Numbered from the stretch's first letter, positions 29,249-38,042 are shown. The stretch is DNA of 64,000 nucleotides from Acidimicrobiaceae bacterium (GCA_027335685.1 DAHWHN010000034.1:3241-67240), one strand, 5' to 3'. Made by a program: numbers and translations. Notes: generated by a model not told the origin, from the letters alone.

Positions 29249-30535
29249 ATGGCCAGCTGCTCCGAGGATCTCGCCTTTCGCGAGCTCGTCTACCAGACGA
29301 GCGACCCCGTCCTTTTCGAGCTGCTCGACCGCGGCGGCCTGGTCGTCTACGTGGGGTTCGACCCGACGTCGGACAGCCTGCACGCCGGGAACCTCTTGCA
29401 GCTCTGCCTGCTGCGCCGGCTCCAGCTCGCCGGTCACCGGCCGATCGTCGTCGCCGGGGGTGGGACCGGGCGCATCGGCGATCCCGGCGGCAAGGACGCC
29501 GAGCGGCCGATGCTGACGGCCGAGCAGATCGAGGCGAACCTCGCGGGCATCCGGCCCCAGCTCGAGCGCTTCCTCGACTTCTCCCCGGGCGACGGGGACC
29601 GGTCTGCGCTGCTGCTCGACAACGCAAGCTGGCTCGACGATCTGCCGCTCGTCGACTTCTTGCGTGACGTCGGCAAGCACTTCACGGTCAACCAGATGGT
29701 CGCGCGCGACTCGGTGCGCAGCCGCTTCGAGCGCGCCGAGCAGGGCATCTCCTTCACGGAGTTCAGCTACATGCTGGTCCAGGCGTACGACTTCCTCACG
29801 CTCTTCGACCGCTACGGCTGCCGGGTCCAGCTGGGAGGGAGCGACCAGTGGGGCAACATCGTGAGCGGCGTCGAGCTGATCCGCCGAGCGCGCGGCGCGA
29901 CCGCCTATGCCTGCACGACGCCTCTCGTCACGAAGGCCGACGGCACGAAGTTCGGCAAGTCCGAGTCCGGGGCCGTGTGGCTCGACGCCGCGAAGACCAG
30001 CCCGTACGCGTTCTACCAGTTCTTCTACCGCACCGAGGACGCGGTCGTCGGCGCCTACCTGAAGATGTTCACGTTCCTCGATCGCGTGGAGATCGAGGCC
30101 CTCGAGTTGGCGGTGCGCGAACGGCCGCAGCAGCGCGAGGCCCAGCGCGCCCTCGCGCGGGCGGTGACGAGCCTCGTCCACGGCGAGGACGAGACGGCAC
30201 GTGCCGAGCGCGCGGCCGCCGCGCTCTACAGCGAGGACGTCGTCACCCTCGACGAGGCGACACTGCTCATGGTCGCGGCCGACGCGCCAGTCACGGAGCT
30301 GAGGCGGGCGGATCTCGACGCCGGTGGGCTCGACGTCGCCGCCGCCCTCGCGCTGTCGGGGCTGTCGCCCTCGCGCGGCGCGGCACGCCAGGCGATCGCG
30401 CAGGGCGGCGCGTACGTGAACAATCGCCGCGTGCCTGCGGACGGCGCCGTCCTCGGTGCCGGCGAGCTGATCGCGGGCAGCTACGTCCTGCTCCGACGCG
30501 GGCGGCGGGACCTCCGGCTGCTCCACGTCACGTGA
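29249..30535 (+). CDS. tyrS: tyrosine--tRNA ligase
   Basis: YVGFDPTSDSLHAGNL (HIGH-type motif), GGSDQWGNI, KFGKSESG (KMSKS-type motif) and a C-terminal S4-like domain. ATG at 29249. Confidence 0.95.
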   Translation: MASCSEDLAFRELVYQTSDPVLFELLDRGGLVVYVGFDPTSDSLHAGNLLQLCLLRRLQLAGHRPIVVAGGGTGRIGDPGGKDAERPMLTAEQIEANLAGIRPQLERFLDFSPGDGDRSALLLDNASWLDDLPLVDFLRDVGKHFTVNQMVARDSVRSRFERAEQGISFTEFSYMLVQAYDFLTLFDRYGCRVQLGGSDQWGNIVSGVELIRRARGATAYACTTPLVTKADGTKFGKSESGAVWLDAAKTSPYAFYQFFYRTEDAVVGAYLKMFTFLDRVEIEALELAVRERPQQREAQRALARAVTSLVHGEDETARAERAAAALYSEDVVTLDEATLLMVAADAPVTELRRADLDAGGLDVAAALALSGLSPSRGAARQAIAQGGAYVNNRRVPADGAVLGAGELIAGSYVLLRRGRRDLRLLHVT

Positions 30536-30548
30536 GCGGCGCGCGGCG

Positions 30549-30992
30549 ATGAGGCGGACCCTGCCTGCCGTCGTGCTCGTGCTGGTCGCGGTCGTCCTCG
30601 CCGGATGCTCGGGCTACTCTGGCGGCGAGGCGCGCCAGGTCGCCCAGTGGGCGTCCGGAGCCCAGCTGGCGACCAACGACGGCTACGTCGTGGCGGACCT
30701 CGCCGACATCTCCCGCGGGATCTCGGCGGGCGATCTCGGCGCGACGCACACGGCGTGCGACGGCCTCGCCTCGGACGCCGCGACGGCCTACGGCGAGCTG
30801 CCGACGCCGCTCGCCGCGCTCACCGACGACCTCGCCACCGCCTACCTCGACGACACGCGGGCCGCGCAGGACTGCACCTCTGCCGGGTCGTTCGCGGCGC
30901 CGGGCTTCCGGCGCTACCGCGCGACGGTGGCGCGTGGCATCCGCGCCTTCGACGCGGCGCAGCGCATCTTGCGCCGGCTCGGCGACGGCTGA
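30549..30992 (+). CDS. putative lipoprotein
   Basis: Signal peptide MRRTLPAVVLVLVAVVLAGCSG carries the lipobox LAGC. No other domain recognised. Confidence 0.65.
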   Translation: MRRTLPAVVLVLVAVVLAGCSGYSGGEARQVAQWASGAQLATNDGYVVADLADISRGISAGDLGATHTACDGLASDAATAYGELPTPLAALTDDLATAYLDDTRAAQDCTSAGSFAAPGFRRYRATVARGIRAFDAAQRILRRLGDG

Positions 30993-31005
30993 GGAGGCAG
31001 CGGAA

Positions 31006-31038
31006 GCGGCAGGGAAGCGGCAGGGAAGCGACAGGGGA
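31006..31038. repeat. purine-rich 11-bp tandem repeat (gcggcagggaa x2 plus gcgacagggga)
   Basis: Read directly in the intergenic region upstream of the flavin reductase gene. Confidence 0.85.
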
Positions 31039-31074
31039 GGCGCCGCCGGCGCCGACGAGGTAGCTTCGGCTGCG

Positions 31075-31623
31075 ATGGCCCCGCATGCGCGCCTCGTCGG
31101 GCCCATCCCCGACGGTGCCGATCCCGACGAGTTCGACCGTGTCCGCCGGAGGGTCCTCTGGAAGCTCACCACCGGCCTCTACCTCCTGGCGAGCCGGGGA
31201 CGCGAGCAGCGCAACCTCATGACGTGCAGTCTCGTGACGCAGCTCGCGACCGATCCGAAGCTGGTCGGCGTCGCCGTCGAGAGCGACGCGCTGTCGCTCC
31301 GGCTCGTGCGCGAGGGCCGCTCGTTCCTGCTCGCACTGCTCGACCGGGAGGACCGCGCCGTCGTGCGCTCCTTCGCGAAGCCGGCGCTCGACGACCCCGA
31401 GGCCGGGACGCTGAACGGTGTCGCCTGCCGGCCGTCTCCCGTCACGGGCTGCCCGCTGCCCCTGCGCGCGGCTGCGTACCTCGACTGCCGCCTCGAGCGC
31501 GAGGTCGACGTGGGCTCGCACGTGCTCTGCGTCGGCGAGGTCGTCGACGCCGGCTTCGGCGCTGCCGGTCCCGACGTGGCCCTGCTGCGCTCCGAGGACA
31601 CGCGCATGAGCTACGGCGGCTGA
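31075..31623 (+). CDS. flavin reductase family protein (FMN-binding split barrel)
   Basis: RVLWKLTTGLYLLASRGREQRNLMTCSLVTQLATDPKLVGVAV...GSHVLCVGEVVD matches the flavin reductase-like domain pattern. ATG at 31075. Confidence 0.75.
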   Translation: MAPHARLVGPIPDGADPDEFDRVRRRVLWKLTTGLYLLASRGREQRNLMTCSLVTQLATDPKLVGVAVESDALSLRLVREGRSFLLALLDREDRAVVRSFAKPALDDPEAGTLNGVACRPSPVTGCPLPLRAAAYLDCRLEREVDVGSHVLCVGEVVDAGFGAAGPDVALLRSEDTRMSYGG

Positions 31624-31626
31624 GCG

Positions 31627-32904
31627 GTGGCGACCTCGTCACCTCGCCGCGCTCCTGGCGTCCGGGCCCACGAGCGGGCCCACGGGCGGGCGGAGAGGGC
31701 GCACGAGCCCGTCGCGTACCGCCTCGTCGAGGATGCTGCGAGCTTCGCCGAGCTCGTCGAGGAGCTCGCGGGCGCCGACGCCTACGCGCTCGACACCGAG
31801 TTCCACCGCGAACGGACCTACTACCCCAAGCTCGCCCTGCTCCAGGTCGCCTGGACGGGAGGGATCGCTCTCGTCGACCCGCTCGCCGTCGAGGTCGCGC
31901 CGTTCTCCCGCGTGCTCGAAGGCGGCGCGCTCGCCGTCCTGCACGCGTGCGACCAGGACCTCGAGGTTCTCGAGCGGGCGTGCGGCGCCGTGCCGTCGCG
32001 GCTGTTCGACACCCAGCTCGCCGCAGGCTTCCTCGGCATGTCCACGCCGTCGCTCTCCTCGCTCGTCGAGCGGATGCTCGGGGTCAGGCTCGAGAAGGGG
32101 GACCAGCTGACCGACTGGACTCGCCGGCCGCTCACCGCCGAGCAGAAGGCCTACGCCGCAGGCGACGTCCTCCACCTGCTCGAGCTCCACGACGCCCTCG
32201 CGTCCCAGCTCGAGGACCTCGGGCGCCTCGCCTGGGCGCAGGAGGAGTGCGCGATCGCCCTGCGCCGCTCCCGCGCGCCGGTCGTGCCCGAGGAGGCGTG
32301 GTGGCGGCTGAAGCACGCCCGCCAGCTCCACGGCCGCAGCCGCTCAGTCGCCCAGCAGGTCGCCGCCTGGCGGGAGCGGCGCGCGCAGCTCCTCGACCAG
32401 CCGACGCGCTTCGTCCTGTCGGACCTCGCCGTCGTCTCGATCGCGCAGCGCCCTCCTGCGGATCGTGGCGAGCTCGAGCGCGTCCGCAACCTCGACGCCC
32501 GCCAGCTCGGCGCCGGCGGAGCCGCCGAGCTGCTCGCGGCGATCGCAGAGGGGATCTCCCTTCCCCCGAGCGCCGTGCGGCTGCCGCCGGTGCAGCGCAA
32601 CGACGGCTCGGTGCGCCCCGCGGTCGCCCTCGCGACGGCGTGGCTCGCCGAGAGCTCGCGCCAGCTCGGGATCGACCCGGCGGTGCTCGCGACGCGCGCG
32701 GACCTCGCGGCGTTCTTCCAGGAGCCGCCGGAGGGCCGCCTCGTCAGCTCGTGGCGCAGCGAGCTCGTCGGCGAGCCCCTGCGCCGCCTCGCGGCGGGCG
32801 ACGTCGCCCTCGCGCTCGAGGGCGGGTCGACTCTCGTGCTCGAGGAGCGCTCCCGCCGCCGCTACGTCGCGGGCGCGCCCGCGGAGGAGGACGCGGCCGG
32901 CTGA
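31627..32904 (+). CDS. rnd: ribonuclease D
   Basis: YALDTEFHRERTYYPKLALLQV (DEDD ExoI), LHACDQDLEVL, and TDWTRRPLTAEQKAYAAGDVLHLLEL (ExoIII), followed by an HRDC-like region. Confidence 0.85.
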   Translation: MATSSPRRAPGVRAHERAHGRAERAHEPVAYRLVEDAASFAELVEELAGADAYALDTEFHRERTYYPKLALLQVAWTGGIALVDPLAVEVAPFSRVLEGGALAVLHACDQDLEVLERACGAVPSRLFDTQLAAGFLGMSTPSLSSLVERMLGVRLEKGDQLTDWTRRPLTAEQKAYAAGDVLHLLELHDALASQLEDLGRLAWAQEECAIALRRSRAPVVPEEAWWRLKHARQLHGRSRSVAQQVAAWRERRAQLLDQPTRFVLSDLAVVSIAQRPPADRGELERVRNLDARQLGAGGAAELLAAIAEGISLPPSAVRLPPVQRNDGSVRPAVALATAWLAESSRQLGIDPAVLATRADLAAFFQEPPEGRLVSSWRSELVGEPLRRLAAGDVALALEGGSTLVLEERSRRRYVAGAPAEEDAAG

Positions 32905-33140
32905 GCCGGGTCGGCGCGCTCCGCCGGGGGTCGGAGGTCCACTGTGAGGGTCAGGATCCCGCCGTCGAGCGAGGCCTGGGCGTCGCCGAGCATCGCGAAG
33001 TCCATGTAGTCGAGCTGCATCTGCTCACGGATGCGCCTGCGCTCGTCGCCCTCGACCGGCGGTAGGCCGCGGCGGCGCACGGCGGCGGCCCGCTCGCGAA
33101 AGCGCGCGAGCATCGCGGCGGTGTCGAGGACGTCGTCCAT
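32862..33140 (-). CDS. small hypothetical protein (92 aa)
   Basis: ATG-initiated ORF with high third-position GC. It converges on rnd and overlaps its 3' end by 43 nt. Confidence 0.5.
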   Translation of the reverse strand: MDDVLDTAAMLARFRERAAAVRRRGLPPVEGDERRRIREQMQLDYMDFAMLGDAQASLDGGILTLTVDLRPPAERADPAQPAASSSAGAPAT

Positions 33141-33411
33141 ACGGCCACGCTAACGCCGTCGCGCGCGGTAGGCCGCGCGCACGCCGCGACGCGCGCAGGG
33201 CGACACCGTCGCGCCGGTCCTCGCCGCCGGGGGCGTGATCCGGTCGGGACATCGCGTGTGCCCAGCTCTCGCGGGTGCCCCGGCGCCGTGCCGGCGGTAT
33301 GCTTCGTCGCCGGCGCCGCGGTCTCGACGTGGAGGCCAGCGGGCCGCGATGCGAGACGGCCGGAGGTTCAGCCCGGGGTCGCGGTGCTCGCACGCAAGCG
33401 AGGAGTTGCTC

Positions 33412-33609
33412 GTGAAAAAGGGTCGTCATCGGCGTTTCGAGGAAGCACGCAGCCTGAAGCGCGCCGTCGAGGTCGTGGTCGAGCCGTGCCCGGAGTGCGG
33501 TGCCGACCCCGAGGACGACCATGCGAGCTGGTGCCTCTACGAAGCGGAGGAGCTGGACGACGACGCGGAGGAGCTGGACGACGAGGACCGCACGACCGGC
33601 GACGGCTAG
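33412..33609 (+). CDS. small basic-N / acidic-C protein with a CPEC...HASWC zinc-ribbon-like motif (65 aa)
   Basis: GTG at 33412 sits 6 nt after AGGAG (33401-33405). Translation: MKKGRHRRFEEARSLKRAVEVVVEPCPECGADPEDDHASWCLYEAEELDDDAEELDDEDRTTGDG. Its stop shares a CTAG with the stop of the convergent 33606..34385 gene. Confidence 0.55.
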   Translation: MKKGRHRRFEEARSLKRAVEVVVEPCPECGADPEDDHASWCLYEAEELDDDAEELDDEDRTTGDG

Positions 33610-34385
33610 CGGGCGCGCTTGCGGACGGCTGGGTGCGCGAGGAGCTGCGAGCGTGCCCGGCGGCCGTCGAGGTAGGCGGCGAGCAGGCGGTAGGGCTCTG
33701 CGCCAGCGAGGGCGACGATCTCCTCTGCGAGGGAGACGTAGACCGGCGACCGACCCGAGAACGCGTCCGGGGCGTCGGTGCACCACCACGCGAAGTCCTC
33801 GCCGGCAGGTCCCCAGTGCCGCCGGTCCCACTGGGTGACCGTCGACGTGACGTGCCCGGTCGCCTCGTCGGTCACGTCCTCACGGCGCAGCGGCAGCTGC
33901 CAGCAGACGTCCGGCTTCAACGTGACGGGGGAGATGCCCCGGTCGAGAGCGGCGCGGTGCAGGGCACAGCCCGCACCGGCCGCGAAGCCCGGCCGGTTCA
34001 AGAAGATGCACGCGTCGTCGACGAGACGCGTCATGGTCACGCCGCCCCGACGCTTGAGCGGCCCGCGCTCCGCTGCCCGGCGCCGGTGCTGCCACTGCTC
34101 GGCCGTGAGCGACTCCGCAGCTGCCTCGACGCGCGCCACGTCCTCGGGCCCGCTCAGGTGCGCGCCGTACGAGCAGCACCCCTGCCCGAGCTCGGGCGCC
34201 GGCGCGTCGAGAACGCCCTTGCAACCGCAGCCGTACAGGCACGACCAGCTGCTCGCGAGGAACGTCACGTCGAACAGCCACGTCCGGTCCTCGTCGGGGT
34301 CGTCGACGCTCCACCACTCGTGCTCGTTGCCGCCTGACCGGCCGGACGCGGTTCTGCTCGTCGCCACGGTGGAGACCGTAGCCAT
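33606..34385 (-). CDS. Cys-cluster protein (YkgJ/UPF0153-like putative metal-binding), function unknown
   Basis: WSCLYGCGCKG...GCCSYGAH...DDACIFLNRPGF..GAGCALH...KPDVCWQLPLRR. The cysteine spacing resembles zinc/iron-chelating CxxCxGxCC-type proteins. Last gene of the ATP-grasp/rSAM operon. Confidence 0.7.
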   Translation of the reverse strand: MATVSTVATSRTASGRSGGNEHEWWSVDDPDEDRTWLFDVTFLASSWSCLYGCGCKGVLDAPAPELGQGCCSYGAHLSGPEDVARVEAAAESLTAEQWQHRRRAAERGPLKRRGGVTMTRLVDDACIFLNRPGFAAGAGCALHRAALDRGISPVTLKPDVCWQLPLRREDVTDEATGHVTSTVTQWDRRHWGPAGEDFAWWCTDAPDAFSGRSPVYVSLAEEIVALAGAEPYRLLAAYLDGRRARSQLLAHPAVRKRAR

Positions 34386-34433
34386 CCGGTGCAGGCGCCC
34401 GGTGCAGGCGCCCGGTGCAGGCGTCCGCCGTGC

Positions 34434-35942
34434 CTAGGACGACGGGGCGAGCATCCCCTCGCGGACCGCGCCGAGCTGGCGCGCGGTCGGCTCGGCGCAG
34501 CAGAACCACGCCTCGCTCAGGTGCGGCCGTTGCACGGCCCCGCCCGGCGTGGCGGCCGCCGGCGCGCCCGGGTCGGCGAGGCCGAGGCCGGTGAACACCG
34601 TCGAGCGCACGGCGTCGTAGGCCGCGCGAGCGCTCCAGCCGTGGCAGGCCGCCTGCTCGGTCGTCGCGGCGACCGCGGCCTGGACTGCGTCGAGGAGCGG
34701 GTCCGGTGACTGCCAGGTCCAACCGAGGGCGTCGGGGTCGAAGCTGCCGAGGGCGCCCGCGAGCACCGGGTCCGGGTCGCGCAGGAGCAGCGAGCCCGGA
34801 GGCAGGAGCAGCCGGATCCCGTACTGCACCGCGTCGACGCTGTCGACGAGGTCGTGGCGCGCCACGAAGTCGAGCAGCTCGACGAGGTCCTCACGACGCG
34901 TCCAGGGCGTGAAGGGCAGGAACGACGGCCTCGGCTCGATCCCCGCTGCCCGAAGCACGGCGACCGCCTCGGCGGCCTCGGCAGCCGTGTGGCCCTTGTC
35001 GAGCCGCTCGAGCACGGTCGCGCTCGTCGACTCGAAGGCGGACACGACGAACGAGCAGCCCGACTCGCCCATCTGCGCGACGACGTCTCGGTGGGCGAGG
35101 ATGTGGCTCACCTTGACGGTCGCGTCGAAGCTCACGTCGGGGAAGTGGGCGTGCAGGGCCGCGACGACCCGGGTCGCGTGCCGCGGGCGGTTGAGGAAGT
35201 CCGGGTCGCCGAGGTGGATGTGCCCGGCGCCGGAGGCGACGAGCTGGGCGACGTCGGCGAGAACCTCGCCGACCGGCACGGCGCGTGTCCGCCCGTCGTA
35301 GACGGTCGGGACCGGGCAGTGCCGGCACCGGTGCGAGCAGCCCCTGCTCGCCTCGACAGCGCCGACGAGGCGGTCGGGACCCTGGCCGACGAGGCGCGTG
35401 TAGCGCTCGAGCGGTGGCACGAGCGAGCGGTCCGGCACGCCGTCGAGCGCCGTAGTGCCGGACGGTGTCGTGCCGGACGGTGTCGTGCCGGACGGTGCGG
35501 CCCAGCCCGGCCGGACGTCGGAGCTGCGCGGCCCGATCTCGACGCGCACGACCGGGCCGTGCGGTCTCCCGGCAGGTGCCGGTTCGCGCAGGGCTGCGAC
35601 CCAGTCGACCAGCGCGCCGTCGGCGTCGCCGGCCACTGCGAGGTCCCCGTCGTGAAGCGCCGAGGCCCCGACCGGCGCGTAGAGGCCGTGCAGGGCGACG
35701 GGGAGCTCCGGACGTGCCGCCCGCACGGTGGCGAGGACCCCGAGAGCGAGGCGCAGCGCCGTGTGCATCGGCACCGAGCACACGACGGCGTCGGCCCATG
35801 ACAGGTCGTCGGGGCGGATCTGCTCGACGGCGAGGTCGCGGCCACGCAGCTCGTGGCCGGCGAGGCCGAGGGGGCGGGCAGGACCGGCGATGCCGAGCGG
35901 CTGGTGACCGAGCTCGTATGTGGAGAGCAGGAGCACGCGCAC
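34434..35942 (-). CDS. radical SAM protein with an N-terminal B12-binding-like domain and a C-terminal CCAEP tail (CUAEP/CCAEP-tail rSAM family)
   Basis: EASRGCSHRCRHCPV (CxxxCxxC SAM-cluster motif). C-terminal ...SEAWFCCAEPTARQL, with CCAEP encoded at 34488-34502. Internal (PSGTT)x3 repeat. Confidence 0.85.
   Translation of the reverse strand: MRVLLLSTYELGHQPLGIAGPARPLGLAGHELRGRDLAVEQIRPDDLSWADAVVCSVPMHTALRLALGVLATVRAARPELPVALHGLYAPVGASALHDGDLAVAGDADGALVDWVAALREPAPAGRPHGPVVRVEIGPRSSDVRPGWAAPSGTTPSGTTPSGTTALDGVPDRSLVPPLERYTRLVGQGPDRLVGAVEASRGCSHRCRHCPVPTVYDGRTRAVPVGEVLADVAQLVASGAGHIHLGDPDFLNRPRHATRVVAALHAHFPDVSFDATVKVSHILAHRDVVAQMGESGCSFVVSAFESTSATVLERLDKGHTAAEAAEAVAVLRAAGIEPRPSFLPFTPWTRREDLVELLDFVARHDLVDSVDAVQYGIRLLLPPGSLLLRDPDPVLAGALGSFDPDALGWTWQSPDPLLDAVQAAVAATTEQAACHGWSARAAYDAVRSTVFTGLGLADPGAPAAATPGGAVQRPHLSEAWFCCAEPTARQLGAVREGMLAPSS
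35455..35499. repeat. 15-bp in-frame tandem repeat x3 inside the radical SAM gene, encoding PSGTT-PSGTT-PSGTT
   Basis: gtgccggacggtgtc occurs at 35455-35469 and 35470-35484, with the third copy gtgccggacggtgcg at 35485-35499. Confidence 0.95.
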
Positions 35943-35996
35943 CGGACGAGACTAGTGAGCCCCCGCCCCCGCTCCGGTCGGTCCGCGACGCGCCCG

Positions 35997-37310
35997 TCAG
36001 GCGATGCGCACCTCGAGCTCGCGGTGCGCACGGCGCAGGGCGAGCTCGACCTCGTCCGGGGTGTCGGCACGGGCGAACACGAACCCGAGGTAGCGGCCGC
36101 CTTCGGGCAGCGCCTCCACCGGGCGCCCGCGAGCGATCGCGATCTCGACTCCGGTCACGTGGGCCACCGCGAGGGCGTCGTCGACGCCGGCGACCTCCTC
36201 GAGGGTGCCCGAGCGCGGGATCGGCAGCATCATCACGCCCGACGCGCCCGGCTCGAGGACGGGCAGCGGCCCGTGCCCGGCGTCGAGACCGAGAGCGTGC
36301 CCCAAGACGAGGGTCTCGAGCGAGGTGCCCTGCGCGAAGCGCAGCGCGCGCGAGCACTTGCCGCCGATGGTGCGGGCGGCGACCTCGACGACCACCGGTC
36401 CCGGCGGGTCGAGAGCGGCGTCGGTCCGGGACCTGTCGAGAGCCCGGGATGCCGACGCAGCGGCGAGGTGCGGCAGGCGGAGCTCGGCGTGGACCGGCCC
36501 CTCGGTGAGCCCGAGCGCGCGCACTGCTGCAGCGACGAGGTCGGCGGCAGCCGAGCAGTCGGACGCGTCGAGCCGGGACGGTGTGACGTAGATCGTCTCC
36601 TCGAAGTACGGCCCGTCGAGTGGGTCCGGCTTGTCGAAGACGGCCAGCGACGTGAACGACCCCGAGCGGACGATCCCCTCGACCGCCACCTCGGGACCGG
36701 GGACGAAGCGCTCGACGATCAGCGGCGCGTCGGCGGCCTCGCCGGCGGTGGCCACGATCGAGCGGACCCGTCGGGCGACGACCCGGACCGAGGCGTCGTC
36801 GTCGGCCCGCACGACCCCCCTGCTCCCCGAGAGCGTGCACGGCTTGACGACGACCGGAAAGCCGAGCGTGCGAGCTGCGGCCGCGACCCGGTCGGCCTCG
36901 CCCTCGGGGTCGGCTGGCGATGCCGGGACGATCTGCCAGGAGGGCTGCGCGACCCCCGCCTCGCCGAGCATCTTGCGCATCGTCGCCTTGTCGCGCGTCG
37001 CGGCGACGGCCTCGGGGCTGTTGTGGAGAAGGCCGAGGCGCTCGGACGCGAGCGCGGCGGCACGCGCGCCGCGGTCGTCGACGGCCACGACGGCCTCGAG
37101 CGGGACGCGCCGGGCGAACGTCGCGATGGCCGACGCGGCGCGCTCCGGGTCGTCGAGGTCGAGCTCGAGGAAGTGGTCGCCCATCACGCCCGCGAGCGCC
37201 TGCGGTGCGTCGGAGCCCGTCACCACCTCGACGCCGAGCCGGGCAGCCGCCGCGAGGAACTCGGAGGCCCGGTAGGTCGACGTGGGCAGGAGGAGCAGGG
37301 CGCGTGGCAT
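35997..37310 (-). CDS. ATP-grasp domain-containing protein (carboxylate-amine ligase-like)
   Basis: 437 aa from ATG 37310 (MPRALLLLPTSTY...). Contains ...RDKATMRKML..AGV, FPVVVKPCTLSGSRGV, IVERFVPGPEVAVEG and GPVHAELRL, as in ATP-grasp ligases. The upstream part of the ORF is an Arg-rich shadow. Confidence 0.8.
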   Translation of the reverse strand: MPRALLLLPTSTYRASEFLAAAARLGVEVVTGSDAPQALAGVMGDHFLELDLDDPERAASAIATFARRVPLEAVVAVDDRGARAAALASERLGLLHNSPEAVAATRDKATMRKMLGEAGVAQPSWQIVPASPADPEGEADRVAAAARTLGFPVVVKPCTLSGSRGVVRADDDASVRVVARRVRSIVATAGEAADAPLIVERFVPGPEVAVEGIVRSGSFTSLAVFDKPDPLDGPYFEETIYVTPSRLDASDCSAAADLVAAAVRALGLTEGPVHAELRLPHLAAASASRALDRSRTDAALDPPGPVVVEVAARTIGGKCSRALRFAQGTSLETLVLGHALGLDAGHGPLPVLEPGASGVMMLPIPRSGTLEEVAGVDDALAVAHVTGVEIAIARGRPVEALPEGGRYLGFVFARADTPDEVELALRRAHRELEVRIA

Positions 37311-37360
37311 TCCACCATCATGGCGCCGGCGCGCTGTCGCCTGGCCGGTAGGATGCCCCC

Positions 37361-38038
37361 GTGGACGGCGACCTGACTGACGGCGGCGGTATGGCGGGCA
37401 CGGACGCCCCGGTCGGGGCGCGTGGTGCCGTGCTCGGCGTGACGCCCCCGGCACGCGAGCGGGTGCTCGCGGCACGGGCCGACGAGGCAGATCCGGAGCG
37501 CCTCGCGCTGTTCCTCGAGGTGAGCGGCACCGCTGGTGGCGCCTACACCTACGACATGTGGTTCGAGTCGGCCGTCGACGCCGGTCCGTCCGACGCCGTC
37601 GAGCGTGTCGGGGACCTCGTCGTCGTCGTTCCCGCTGCGAGCGTCGACAAGGTGCGGGGGGCGACGCTCGACGTCGGGGACGACGGCGGACTCGTCATCG
37701 TCAACCCGAACTCGCCGCCGGCCGAGCGGCTCGTCGCGGCTCCGCCCGTGGCAGACCTGTCGAGCCCTCTCGCCCAGCGAGTCGTCGCGGTCCTCGACGA
37801 CATCGTCAACCCGCAGATCGCGCAGCACGGCGGGTACGCGGAGCTGGTCGCGGTGGAGGCCGGGACCGCCTATCTCCGCATGGGTGGTGGCTGCCAGGGT
37901 TGCGGGCTCGCCCAGGTCACCTTGAGCCAGGGCATCACCGTCGCGATCAAAGACGCCGTGCCCGAGATCCTCGAGGTGGTCGACGTCACGGCCCACGCTG
38001 ACGGGACGAACCCCTACTACGAGGCGGCGAAGAAGTAG
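37361..38038 (+). CDS. NifU/Nfu-type Fe-S cluster assembly protein (IscA-like N-terminal domain plus Nfu C-terminal domain)
   Basis: C-terminal VLDDIVNPQIAQHGGYAELV...YLRMGGGCQGCGLAQVTLSQGI is the Nfu CxxC motif. An alternative start exists at ATG 37391. Confidence 0.8.
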   Translation: MDGDLTDGGGMAGTDAPVGARGAVLGVTPPARERVLAARADEADPERLALFLEVSGTAGGAYTYDMWFESAVDAGPSDAVERVGDLVVVVPAASVDKVRGATLDVGDDGGLVIVNPNSPPAERLVAAPPVADLSSPLAQRVVAVLDDIVNPQIAQHGGYAELVAVEAGTAYLRMGGGCQGCGLAQVTLSQGITVAIKDAVPEILEVVDVTAHADGTNPYYEAAKK

Positions 38039-38042
38039 GGGG

